From a virus (Duplodnaviria > Caudoviricetes): a stretch of DNA of 63,174 nucleotides. Made by a program: the position numbers and the translations under genes. The number at the start of each line of letters is the position of its first letter. Position 1 is the first letter of the stretch. Positions 53,704-62,938 of the stretch are shown one piece after another. Location: positions 1 through 63,174 of IMG/VR virus record IMGVR_UViG_3300018405_000018; one strand, written 5' to 3'. The notes under the pieces were generated by a model. The model saw only the letters and a list, made by a program, of their open reading frames with translations. It did not search any database and was not told the DNA's origin.

Positions 53704-53766
53704 GCATTACTGTAGTGTGAAGACGAGTGCGGTTGTCGCATATGTGTCAGGAGAATCAGTGATTTG

Positions 53767-54579
53767 TTAGCTGTTGGTCCACGTCACTAAAATATCGTCA
53801 ATAGCAATCCGGTTTCCATTCATCGTTGTGCTAATAGCTGCAGTTATTGTGTAGTTTGCACCAGCTGTGAGGTTGTATGAGAAAGGTACGTTTGCGGCTT
53901 CACCCCACAGTCGAAGCGGTCCAACTGTCGCAAATGTTGTGCCATTGCGTCTGATAACTAAGTTTGTCTGGTCGAAAGAGTTGCCTGCTTTAAACGATAC
54001 TACTGGGTTGATTGCGCCTGCAGGAACTGAAAACGCAACAGTGAAGTTTGCTCCGTTGAAACTCAAAGCGTTTGCGTCCGTAGTCATAAGTATGTTTGTC
54101 TGCGTCTGTGCTGGTTGTCCGTTGTGCGTGCCGGCACGCACCACGTGACCGGAGCCACTTATTGTGAATATACCTGTTGTTACAGGTGACGGAAATCCCT
54201 GCCTGTCTGAGAATTGTTCAAAGTTAAGCAGTCTCGATACAGCTTGGTTGATACTTGTGTCATTTACTGCTACAGTAATGCGCGAGCCATTGAATAACAC
54301 AACATCAAACGCTTCAGGACCTTCAGTGGTGTTATCTGCGGCTAATTGCAAAACAACTTGTGCAGACCCATCTCGCTGGACAACAAACGCGCCTGACAGG
54401 CTAGCTAGTCCTACAAAATCTGCAAGAGATGTACCTTCGATCGTGTAAGGGATTTGTTGAAGATATTGAACACCAGTTGTCTGCAACGTGATTGTAACGG
54501 TGCTGCCTTCATCAACACTGCCTACTGAAGACGTAACTTGATATGTTGCTGAAGGGGAAGTTGTTGACAATTTAAACAT
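53767..54579 (-). CDS. Ig/Calx-beta-like domain protein, candidate capsid decoration protein
   Basis: SVDEGSTVTITL.T...PYTI.G...D.TTEGPE.F...V.VNDTS Calx-beta-like motif plus a beta-sandwich C-terminus; follows the major capsid gene. Confidence 0.65.
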   Translation of the reverse strand: MFKLSTTSPSATYQVTSSVGSVDEGSTVTITLQTTGVQYLQQIPYTIEGTSLADFVGLASLSGAFVVQRDGSAQVVLQLAADNTTEGPEAFDVVLFNGSRITVAVNDTSINQAVSRLLNFEQFSDRQGFPSPVTTGIFTISGSGHVVRAGTHNGQPAQTQTNILMTTDANALSFNGANFTVAFSVPAGAINPVVSFKAGNSFDQTNLVIRRNGTTFATVGPLRLWGEAANVPFSYNLTAGANYTITAAISTTMNGNRIAIDDILVTWTNS

Positions 54580-54603
54580 TACTGCTCCAAAAAGGTGTTC
54601 TTG

Positions 54604-54610
54604 TATTTAT
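54604..54610 (-). promoter_or_regulatory. T4-type late promoter
   Basis: cATAAATA upstream of 54579. Confidence 0.7.
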
Positions 54611-54619
54611 GGCTTACGC

Positions 54620-54650
54620 AAAAAAGAAACCCGCCGAAGCGGGGTTCTTT
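54620..54650 (-). terminator. Terminator after the major capsid gene
   Basis: CCCGC-ttcg-GCGGG then TTTCTTTTTT on the minus strand; C(UUCG)G loop. Confidence 0.85.
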
Positions 54651-54677
54651 GATCGTGTTGTCTAACCGACTTGCTGA

Positions 54678-56099
54678 TTAAGCAAAGTTGAAGTTGGAAA
54701 CATTGATTTTTCCGTAGTAGTCCGCACTGTTACCCAGAGATGTTTCGGTCTGAGTGAATGCTGTCTTACCGTAGCGAGTCATCATGGAAACGACTGGCTG
54801 GAATGTCACTGGGTTGATAACAACGCCAGACGACATCAGTGGGATGTACGGGCAGTAGAAGTAGCCTGTATCGGTTTCACCGTTACCACCTTTGTAGCCA
54901 ATCAGAATAGTGTCAGACACAGGCGAGCCTAGACCAGACGCTTGGTTCCACAGGTAGCTGTAAACCTTGATGGTGCCGTTCAGAGTACCAGCCAACATTG
55001 TGTTGTTAGGACCCTTGAACGAGCCAGAGATAGCAGGTGCGAACACCGACTTAGCAGCAGATTGCAGCACGGAAATGATCATCGGCGAAACGACGATGAA
55101 GTTACCAGGACCACGACGTGTCTTACGAGCGATTTCGTTAGCAACGGCGTTGATCACGATACCCAGGTTAGCGAAACGGTCGCCCAGGTATGCTGGCTGA
55201 TAGTTTGGGCCCATGCCGATAGTAGCGTAATCAAACGCACCAATGGTGCCAGCCAGAGCGATCAGGTCGGACAGGATTTCGGAGTCGATTTCCTGAACGA
55301 TTTCTGCGGACACAACTTGTGTCAGTTCGCTTTCCAGATCCAGACCATGCTGAGACTTCAGGTCTTGCATAGCTTCAACGGTCCAACCGGCTTGCAGCTT
55401 ACGTGTACCAGCTTCAACAGCTTGTGACACAACTTCCAGCTTGACGTTACGGCCGCCGGAACCTTCGATGAACGAACCGGAACCACCGTACAGACGACCA
55501 GCGTGTCGCTTGCCGATCTCGTCAGTACCACTAGCTGGGAACGGACCGAACAGCGAGCTGTTGTAAGCTGGCAGGCTTGAAGGCCATGCGCCCGACGATG
55601 CTGCACTGTCGATGTCGCCTTCGTCAGCAGCTGCGTTAGCGATACCAGAAGCACCAGCAGGCTGAGCACGGCCACCATCACCAACAATTGCACCAGCTGC
55701 GGACGAGTAGAACTGACGCAGAGCTGGGTTGTTACCGAACAGTTCGTCGCCAGCGTTAATGTTGAGAGACGTAGGTGTGAACGGTGTGTTTGGTTGCTGT
55801 ACAGACTCGCCGTACTTGTAGCGCATTGTGTACACCAGGCCAACCGGACCTTGCATTGGCTGAACACCAACGATTTCAGTAGCAATCGTGCCAGGGATGA
55901 TACGACGGATCATCGGAATCAGGATCTTGCGGAAACCTGCGATGTCGTTAGCTTGCACAGCACCAGCAGCTGCCGTTTCCGACAGGATTTGCTGCTTTTG
56001 GTTCTCCATCAGAGTACCAACGATTTGCTTCTTTTGGCTGTCAAGGCCTTCGAGAAGGGCGTCCTTTACTTCGGACCAGTTTTCAAATAGATCATTCAT
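54678..56099 (-). CDS. gp23: Major capsid protein
   Basis: IPMIRR..P..IA.EIVGVQPM.GPVG..Y.MR; VEAGTRKL.A.WTVEA.QDL...HGLD.E.EL; IARKTRRG.GN; GYFYCPYIPL; TFQP...MMTRYG. Confidence 0.98.
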   Translation of the reverse strand: MNDLFENWSEVKDALLEGLDSQKKQIVGTLMENQKQQILSETAAAGAVQANDIAGFRKILIPMIRRIIPGTIATEIVGVQPMQGPVGLVYTMRYKYGESVQQPNTPFTPTSLNINAGDELFGNNPALRQFYSSAAGAIVGDGGRAQPAGASGIANAAADEGDIDSAASSGAWPSSLPAYNSSLFGPFPASGTDEIGKRHAGRLYGGSGSFIEGSGGRNVKLEVVSQAVEAGTRKLQAGWTVEAMQDLKSQHGLDLESELTQVVSAEIVQEIDSEILSDLIALAGTIGAFDYATIGMGPNYQPAYLGDRFANLGIVINAVANEIARKTRRGPGNFIVVSPMIISVLQSAAKSVFAPAISGSFKGPNNTMLAGTLNGTIKVYSYLWNQASGLGSPVSDTILIGYKGGNGETDTGYFYCPYIPLMSSGVVINPVTFQPVVSMMTRYGKTAFTQTETSLGNSADYYGKINVSNFNFA

Positions 56100-56138
56100 T
56101 TTAATCTCCTTTAGATTGAATGTTTTGTTTGCCTAGCT

Positions 56139-57086
56139 TTATACCAAGCCTGCCAGACGGCGCAAACGGAGCTTTTCGCTCTCTGTGATTGTCGGTGTGA
56201 CTTCTGCAGCAGATGCATCAGCTTCTTTCAGTTGCTGTTGCTCTTTCTTCAGAGTAACGTCGTCACCACTCTTTGCTACGCCTGATACCACAGGCTTCTG
56301 TTTACCTTCAGCTAGTACTGTCTCTTCCTTCTCTGAAGTATCTTCAACGACGGTCGTCTCTTTCAGGACACGACCAACGTATGTCTTGTATGCTTCTTCA
56401 AGCATTGTTGTTTCCACGTTCTTGAGGATTGCTTCCATCACTTCACGCGAACGACCAGACAGCGGCTTCAGCACGCTTTCCAGCTTGATAGAACGCTCGA
56501 GCTTAGTAGCCTTCTTCTCAGCAGATTCCAGGGCGAGCATTGCATCAGCCAGACGCTGTTCAGCTTCGTTCAGCTTGCCTTCAATGCTGTTGTCACCGGC
56601 ATAGTGCTTCTTGAACTCTTCAACAAAAGCCTCAAACACTGTCTTACCAAATTGTTGCTTCTTAACAACTTCAAAGTCTTCACGTAGCTCTTCCAGCTCA
56701 GAAGATAGACGGACTTCTAGGAATGCGTCGAGCTTTTCGATCAGCTGAGCAATATCACCCTTCAGTTGGTCAGCCATTTCTGATTTAGATTCAACCAGCT
56801 TCTCAGCATACTCAGCTTCGAGGTCACGGAAGCGATCAATGTCAGCACGAAGTTCAGCAACTTCTTCTGTCAGTGCTTCAGTAATCTTAGCGTCAAGAGC
56901 TTCGATCAGAGTTTCGCGCTCGGTGATCCACTGTTCGTTCAGTTCAGCAGTTACTTGAGCAGTAGCTTCTTCACGAGCTTTTGCCATTGTTTCATCGATC
57001 TGCTTTTTAACAGCAGACTCGATTTCCGTCTTTGTTTCTTCAGTCAGAACCTCTGCTTCAAGCAGCTTCTTCAACAGTTCATCCAT
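56139..57086 (-). CDS. gp22: Prohead core scaffold protein
   Basis: Acidic coiled coil with many L.E sites; start moved to ATG 57086 (AAGGAG SD); lies between protease and capsid genes. Confidence 0.88.
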   Translation of the reverse strand: MDELLKKLLEAEVLTEETKTEIESAVKKQIDETMAKAREEATAQVTAELNEQWITERETLIEALDAKITEALTEEVAELRADIDRFRDLEAEYAEKLVESKSEMADQLKGDIAQLIEKLDAFLEVRLSSELEELREDFEVVKKQQFGKTVFEAFVEEFKKHYAGDNSIEGKLNEAEQRLADAMLALESAEKKATKLERSIKLESVLKPLSGRSREVMEAILKNVETTMLEEAYKTYVGRVLKETTVVEDTSEKEETVLAEGKQKPVVSGVAKSGDDVTLKKEQQQLKEADASAAEVTPTITESEKLRLRRLAGLV

Positions 57087-57120
57087 CGTAATCTCCTTGG
57101 TGTGTGTTTTCACGTGTTAT

Positions 57121-57127
57121 TATTTAT
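57121..57127 (-). promoter_or_regulatory. Late promoter for the gp22-gp23 transcript
   Basis: cATAAATA upstream of 57086; no separate site seen before gp23. Confidence 0.7.
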
Positions 57128-57183
57128 GGCCCCCGTGAGTTTTTTTATTAAGATCTGCTAGCAGCAGGGTAAAAAACCCACAG

Positions 57184-57213
57184 AAAACAGGGGTTTACAG
57201 CGACCCCCGTTTT
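57184..57213 (-). terminator. Possible terminator after gp21
   Basis: Imperfect stem AAAACGGGGGT..ACCCCTGTTTT followed by a T-rich tract on the minus strand. Confidence 0.45.
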
Positions 57214-57223
57214 TCCAGTTTTG

Positions 57224-57865
57224 TTATTTTGTTTTTGCGAAAACGCCCCCAGACAGCCACTTCATAATCTCTTTCTTGAAGTATTTCTGGGCAGCTGGGT
57301 CATGTCTGACCTGTTCTGCAAGCGTCAAGATGCGATTGCCATTTTTGGCTTGTTCCAAGGACTCATAAACGAGTCCTGGGTAGGCATTAGGGGCTGATGG
57401 TGTAACAACAATGTCGTAGGTGATGAACTGGAACCCAGATACGTTACCGCCTTCATTGACGTTACCAGCACCACGACTTGAGACACCAATCTTGACACCG
57501 CTACGAAGCAGTTCTTGAGCAATGTTCCCCATCGGAGTGTTGATCAGTTTTGCCTTACCGTAGGCGTCGTTGCCGTTCATCCACATTTCTGTGATCACGT
57601 GCGAAATGCGGTCGCTGTTGATCTGAAGCGTTTGTGGGTGATCCAACTCACCAAAAATCCCATTACATTCTTTGATACGCTGTTGGGCGTTCTGAACTGC
57701 TGCTGAGATTTCATTGATCGGATAGTTACGGCCATTGCGATTCTTGATAGAGCTTTGCATACAGATTCCTGTAAGCCACATGCTCTTGCCGTCAGAAGAC
57801 GACTCTTGAATCACACGAGCTTCGCCTGGTGTGAATTCTTCGACGAGTAAGAGTGGAGTAGTCAT
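57224..57865 (-). CDS. gp21: Prohead protease
   Basis: GI.MQ..IKNRNGR.Y, GELDHP, SH.I, TPMG.I, GVSSRG.G, DIV..PSAPNAY. Confidence 0.96.
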   Translation of the reverse strand: MTTPLLLVEEFTPGEARVIQESSSDGKSMWLTGICMQSSIKNRNGRNYPINEISAAVQNAQQRIKECNGIFGELDHPQTLQINSDRISHVITEMWMNGNDAYGKAKLINTPMGNIAQELLRSGVKIGVSSRGAGNVNEGGNVSGFQFITYDIVVTPSAPNAYPGLVYESLEQAKNGNRILTLAEQVRHDPAAQKYFKKEIMKWLSGGVFAKTK

Positions 57866-57903
57866 TTAAATGCCCCCGTTAGGTTTGAGTCAGAAAGAAC
57901 TGA

Positions 57904-58218
57904 TTAGCAGCTTTTCTGCATCTTACCTTTTTTGCCCTTACCTTCTTCGTCCTCTTCACCTTTCTTTTTTAGGAAAGCTGGACGCTTATCTTCCTTTTCA
58001 TCTTTGTCCTCGCCGGAACCTTCATCTTTGTCCTCGCCGGAACCTTCATCTTTGTCCTCGCCGGAACCTTCATCTTCATCTTTGTCTGCTTTCTCACCCA
58101 GCACTTCTTGGGTCTTCAAACGCAGGTACTCGTGGAACGCTTCCTTAGCAGCTGCTGCATCTTCATTAACGATAGATGTAACAACCGTTTCCAGGTATTG
58201 TTTCATTTCTTTAGTCAT
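57904..58218 (-). CDS. Small acidic prohead core protein (gp67-like)
   Basis: Start moved to ATG 58218 (AAGGAG SD); helical N-terminus and D/E/K-rich tail; lies between portal and protease. Confidence 0.65.
   Translation of the reverse strand: MTKEMKQYLETVVTSIVNEDAAAAKEAFHEYLRLKTQEVLGEKADKDEDEGSGEDKDEGSGEDKDEGSGEDKDEKEDKRPAFLKKKGEEDEEGKGKKGKMQKSC
57997..58076. repeat. Perfect 24-nt tandem repeat x3.3 (encodes DEGSGEDK)
   Basis: TTCATCTTTGTCCTCGCCGGAACC at 57997, 58021 and 58045, plus a partial copy. Confidence 0.95.
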
Positions 58219-58273
58219 AGTAATTGCTCCTTTTGCAAAAAGATTCACCGGCTCCATTTTGGGGCCTGTTCAA

Positions 58274-58280
58274 TATTTAT
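58274..58280 (-). promoter_or_regulatory. T4-type late promoter
   Basis: gATAAATA upstream of 58218. Confidence 0.65.
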
Positions 58281-58313
58281 CAGTACGATGTTGTTTTTCG
58301 CGGGTTTTTTATT

Positions 58314-59948
58314 TTATGCTGCGGGAGCGCCTTGATTTGGTTGAGGATTTTCGGGACCACCACCTTCAAGTTCTCCTCCTAAGTCGCCTGTGTCACCGCC
58401 AGCTTCCATGCCACCTAAGTCCATGCCTGCAACCATCCCTGGGCCATCCATTCCAGCATCTTCAGCCGGAACGTAGATTGCTCTGAGGTCTTCCATTCCG
58501 CCATTCGGGTTCAAGCCTAGTTCCTCACGACGCATCCGCTCGTTCGTCAGAATTTCTTCATCAGTCAACTGCAGATATTTCTTCATCGTGAATCGTGGAG
58601 ACAAGAACTGAACACCTGAAGCCGTCTGGAATGTGTTCAACAACGCGTTGTCAAGTTCTTGGCGACGGTAGATACCAAAGTTCTCAGGCTCAGGCAATGA
58701 AATGTTGAAGATTGCAGGATCGACGTGGATACCAACGTTGCGAAGATAACGCTTGAATTCCTTATCCATGATTCTAGCGATGTACCCCTGCAGGCGTTTG
58801 ACATACATAGCAAACCGCAATTCTTGAATGTATGCTGTGCCAACTTTACCGTCATTCACAGTAGCACCATCGGTACCCTCGCGCATATACGATAGAGGAA
58901 TACGAAGACCACGAAACACCTTCCATTGGAAGTATTCCAAGTCAGCGAGTTCGCCAAGCCCTTGACCACCAGGCAACGTCTCAACCTTCGATCCGCGGCC
59001 GTCTGGACGCTGTGCAAAGAAAAAGTCCTCACTCATAGCCTGTGGGTTATAGACGGAATCAACTTGATCAACGCCACCGCCTGCTGTTGGGATCTTACGC
59101 TGACGGATCTCATTCTTGATTCCTTCCAAGTATGCCTTAACACGTTGAGGAGGCATTTTGCCAACATCGATGTAGAAAACACGACGTTCCGGAGCACGCT
59201 GAATGCGGTAAATCAGGATAGCATCTTCCAGCAGTTCTTTTTGTTTTTGAGCACGATAGATTGCACGAAGGGCAGATTCACCAAACGGTGCTGCTTCGGA
59301 CATATCATCGTTCAATGAAAACACGATTACCTCATCAGACGAGAACGTATCAACCATCTCTGTCGAGTATGACCCGAAGTGACCAACAGGATTGCTGTAT
59401 GGAGAATTAGGGGTTTTTGCGTCACGACGGATCTGCCAGCCGACAACGCGTGTCATGTCACGGTCATCAACAATCGCTGCGACAACGTTTTTTGGATGGA
59501 CGTATTCCCACCTTTGTGTCTCTTTATGACGGATGAAGAAACAGTCACCGTACTTAATCGTCACACGAGCAACAGCAAACAAACGGTTCCGCCAGTCGTG
59601 CATATCACACCAGTATCTCAGCGCTGACTTCAATGTCAGTACCGTACTTGTTGGGATGTGCTCTGTCTTTTCAGACACAATGTTCAGGTCCAACGGCATC
59701 TCTTGGTTTGGGTCTGAACCGATCATCTCTTCTGCTATCGTATCAAGAGATCGTGCAATTTCAACATCGTTGTCCATTAGGTCATATTCACGATAACGTG
59801 TGATACGTGATGCTGAACCTTGGATTAGACGCTGGTACCAAGTGTAGTTGGAGTACGCGCCTTGGTCTCCTACACCTTGACTGTCCGTCATTGTTGTTAC
59901 GCCTGGTTTTGGCGTAACAACTTTAAAATAATTTGAGAACTTTGCCAT
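58314..59948 (-). CDS. gp20: Portal vertex protein
   Basis: LLEDAILIYRIQRAPERRVFYIDVG.MP; EDFFFAQR.DGRGSKVETLPGGQ.LGE..D..YF; GLRIP.S. Confidence 0.97.
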   Translation of the reverse strand: MAKFSNYFKVVTPKPGVTTMTDSQGVGDQGAYSNYTWYQRLIQGSASRITRYREYDLMDNDVEIARSLDTIAEEMIGSDPNQEMPLDLNIVSEKTEHIPTSTVLTLKSALRYWCDMHDWRNRLFAVARVTIKYGDCFFIRHKETQRWEYVHPKNVVAAIVDDRDMTRVVGWQIRRDAKTPNSPYSNPVGHFGSYSTEMVDTFSSDEVIVFSLNDDMSEAAPFGESALRAIYRAQKQKELLEDAILIYRIQRAPERRVFYIDVGKMPPQRVKAYLEGIKNEIRQRKIPTAGGGVDQVDSVYNPQAMSEDFFFAQRPDGRGSKVETLPGGQGLGELADLEYFQWKVFRGLRIPLSYMREGTDGATVNDGKVGTAYIQELRFAMYVKRLQGYIARIMDKEFKRYLRNVGIHVDPAIFNISLPEPENFGIYRRQELDNALLNTFQTASGVQFLSPRFTMKKYLQLTDEEILTNERMRREELGLNPNGGMEDLRAIYVPAEDAGMDGPGMVAGMDLGGMEAGGDTGDLGGELEGGGPENPQPNQGAPAA

Positions 59949-59981
59949 CAGAAAATGTCCATACGCGCGTTGGTTATGTAC

Positions 59982-59988
59982 TATTTAT
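59982..59988 (-). promoter_or_regulatory. T4-type late promoter
   Basis: gATAAATA upstream of 59948. Confidence 0.7.
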
Positions 59989-60019
59989 CACGACTAACCG
60001 TTAGGGGATGTTACCCTGG

Positions 60020-62842
60020 TTACAAGTATTGGAAAGACGCTGCAGCTAAGCCTGAGCTTTTACGAACAGAATCACGATTGCGTTCTTTTTCTTTTTCTGT
60101 TAGTGTCATAGCTATCAGTTGTCGGTTAGCTAAATCAACAAGCGTTGGAACATTGTCGGCAACGGTTTTTAGGTAGTTATTTGCTTCTGTTGCTACTGTG
60201 AGATGCTTGATCTGGTTCTCGATTGTCTGAGCGATCGAGAGGCGGTCCTTATCTGTTTCGTCTTCTGCCTTCTTCTCTTCATCAGTAACTTTGTCATCAC
60301 GTTGCGACGTTGGCTCAGCAATCTTGGCGGGTGTTGTTGGTGTTACGGCTCTTGCCGTTGCAGACTGTTGAGACGGAGCAACAGCAGCAGTTGGTGTTTG
60401 AACTACTTGTTGAATGTTGGGGGTTGCTTTTGCAACTTCGCTATCTGCTTGTGGCGGATTCATCCAATCATAAATCAACCCACCCAGGGTTTGTCCTTGT
60501 TCGCCTGTTGCTTTCTGGACCAACCCATTGACAACATCATTAACAAAGTTGTTGCCACTCCCACCTCGCAGGATCCCATCTTCACCGACCAACGCCTGCC
60601 CGGCTCCGGCTATTCCTATGCCCGCAGCGCTAGCAGCCGCTACCCCACCAGCTGTCACACCACCAAGTATGCCAAGTCCAGCACGTCCAACGTTCATTAA
60701 CGAGCCACCCGCACGAGAGGCAATCTGTCCCAGGCGGCCTCTGGTTCCGCGATCACGGGTGTCGTCAACCCCGTCAATCGGCGGAAAGTCTATGCCACCC
60801 CCACGATCTCTCCCACCACCGCGGCCGAACCACCCTTTGACCTTATCCAGCAAGCCGTCGAAACTTTTTGATCCCTTGAACAAAGCTACTGTGTGAGCAA
60901 CCATTGCTGCCGAGTGACCCATCATTACAGGAACGAGCAATGCTGTACCACCCGCCAACTGAATAATCGGGTTCTTTAGAATACCAAGCCCGCGTTGAAC
61001 CGCCTCGTTAATTGTTTGACCGATTTCACCTATTTGTCCCATGGTGTCAGCTGTCGCTTGCGGATTGCCCATAGCAGATTGAGCCTGTGCAGTGTTAAAG
61101 ACTGCCATTCCTCGTTCATCGTATCCAGTTTTGTCCGCTAGTGCTTCGGTGTATAGTTGTGTGCCAAAGTTGCTGCTGCCAAGACCACTCATAATACCTT
61201 GGTTGAGCTGATTTTGGAATTCTGCCATCCTTCTGTTTTCTTCTTCCGTCAGCATTGAAGCGGGCTTCATCGCAAGCCGAATCATCTCATCGCCACCACT
61301 AATCCCCATAGCCCCTGCCAGAGCAGCCTGTTTAACCGCTTGCTGGAAGCGAGATTTTGGTCTTTGGTTTTGCATCTCCATTTGTTTTTTCAACATTGCA
61401 CGCGTCTGCTCTTCGGATATACCACGGAGACGGTTTTCTCTGTACCGAGCAGCAACAGAGTCAGCGATAGCAACACGTTCAGCTTCTGTTGTTGCCAAAC
61501 GCATTTGATACATCGATTCTTCATTCTCCATGATGTCACGCATTGACGTGTTGAATTCTTCTAACGTCATTCCTGTGACAGCGTGTATTGACTTAAAAGT
61601 CTCTCCCATTGCTCGCACACGATCTGTTGTTGGACGAACACCCATGTTGGCAAACATTTCCATTTGCTGTGCAGCAAATTTGGCCGCTTCAGCTCTGCTA
61701 GCAACGTTGCCGTCGAGTTGTTGTGCAGTAGCTGATAATGTGTTGAGACTTTCTGTCATTCCGCCAGCTGCTAACATACCACGTCGGTATTCACCCGTCA
61801 TCTCCATAAACTCTGTTGGAGACATGTTCAGCTGCGATACTTGTGCTTGCTGCACCACATCCAGAATACCAACAGAGCGGTTAAGTCCAGTTTGAATTTG
61901 CGTGAAGATCCCGTTGACACCCATTGCAACACCGAAGAAACCGGTGTTTTCCATTGCGTTGATGAAGTTCTCCGTCATTCGTCCAACAGCACCTTTGACG
62001 TCAACTTTTCTGAATTCATCAACCGCTTTGGTAAGTTCTACCTGCGTTTCTGCCATACTGGCTTCTATTAGAGGGATTTGCCCAGACAGCGCGGTAAGAT
62101 TGTTGTTTATGGAATGAATGTTTGCAACATAACGAACCATCCCAGCCTTGAGATCATCATGAAGTTTCTGCTCTTCATCAAGACGTTTTTGTTCTTCCTC
62201 AAGCTCACGTTTAGCCAAATCCGCCAATGTCTGAGCGGTTTCGATTTCCTTCTGTGTACCATCCAGACCTGCTTGGAACAGCGCTGCCTGAGCCGTCGAA
62301 TAAGCTGCACTTTTAGCATCTACTTTAGACTGAATACTTGCAATCGTGTTAGCGCGTGACTGCAGTTGTTTTTCCTGCTCTTTGTAAGCGTCAGACAGCT
62401 TTTGTTTTTCCGCTTCCTCGTCGGTTATCTGCTTCTGTATTTCTTTTAGCTTACGTTGGTGGAGCTGTTCAGATTCTTTAAGATGTTCTGCTCGCTGGCG
62501 TGCTTCAGCAGCATTTAGTTGCCACGTTTCGTAAAAGAAAAACGATTGATTGTTGAGACGTCGCTCAAACATCGCTCGCTCACGGTTAACAGCCTGATCG
62601 AGCTTGGTGTTAGTGATTACATCACCAGCTTTTTGTATCTGACTCTCCAACGTGCGGATAAACCTATCCATCCCACGGTCAAATGAATCGGCTTGTACAG
62701 ATGAGCTGCTACCAACTTTCCGCAGCACAGCCGCCATGTTGTCAGCAGCATTGATCATTTGATTGCCAGCGCTATTCATCTGCGCAACTATAGACGCTAA
62801 CGTTCTGCTCAACTCAGCTGCTTGTTGGTCGGTACCCGCCAT
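60020..62842 (-). CDS. Tape-measure / baseplate hub-like protein
   Basis: 940-aa Ala/Gln/Met-rich helical protein with a coiled coil and Gly/Ala-rich hydrophobic segments; divergent from a baseplate hub gene. Confidence 0.7.
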   Translation of the reverse strand: MAGTDQQAAELSRTLASIVAQMNSAGNQMINAADNMAAVLRKVGSSSSVQADSFDRGMDRFIRTLESQIQKAGDVITNTKLDQAVNRERAMFERRLNNQSFFFYETWQLNAAEARQRAEHLKESEQLHQRKLKEIQKQITDEEAEKQKLSDAYKEQEKQLQSRANTIASIQSKVDAKSAAYSTAQAALFQAGLDGTQKEIETAQTLADLAKRELEEEQKRLDEEQKLHDDLKAGMVRYVANIHSINNNLTALSGQIPLIEASMAETQVELTKAVDEFRKVDVKGAVGRMTENFINAMENTGFFGVAMGVNGIFTQIQTGLNRSVGILDVVQQAQVSQLNMSPTEFMEMTGEYRRGMLAAGGMTESLNTLSATAQQLDGNVASRAEAAKFAAQQMEMFANMGVRPTTDRVRAMGETFKSIHAVTGMTLEEFNTSMRDIMENEESMYQMRLATTEAERVAIADSVAARYRENRLRGISEEQTRAMLKKQMEMQNQRPKSRFQQAVKQAALAGAMGISGGDEMIRLAMKPASMLTEEENRRMAEFQNQLNQGIMSGLGSSNFGTQLYTEALADKTGYDERGMAVFNTAQAQSAMGNPQATADTMGQIGEIGQTINEAVQRGLGILKNPIIQLAGGTALLVPVMMGHSAAMVAHTVALFKGSKSFDGLLDKVKGWFGRGGGRDRGGGIDFPPIDGVDDTRDRGTRGRLGQIASRAGGSLMNVGRAGLGILGGVTAGGVAAASAAGIGIAGAGQALVGEDGILRGGSGNNFVNDVVNGLVQKATGEQGQTLGGLIYDWMNPPQADSEVAKATPNIQQVVQTPTAAVAPSQQSATARAVTPTTPAKIAEPTSQRDDKVTDEEKKAEDETDKDRLSIAQTIENQIKHLTVATEANNYLKTVADNVPTLVDLANRQLIAMTLTEKEKERNRDSVRKSSGLAAASFQYL

Positions 62843-62873
62843 CTGCTTTACCTTAAAACATCATTTGTGAGGC

Positions 62874-62880
62874 TATTTAT
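62874..62880 (-). promoter_or_regulatory. T4-type late promoter
   Basis: cATAAATA upstream of 62842. Confidence 0.7.
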
Positions 62881-62907
62881 GGTGTGTTGCCCCTGTTGTT
62901 CGCGATG

Positions 62908-62914
62908 ATAAATA
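62908..62914 (+). promoter_or_regulatory. T4-type late promoter
   Basis: gATAAATA upstream of ATG 62939 with an AGGAG SD. Confidence 0.7.
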
Positions 62915-62938
62915 ACAGGCCGCATAGGAGATGCTAAT

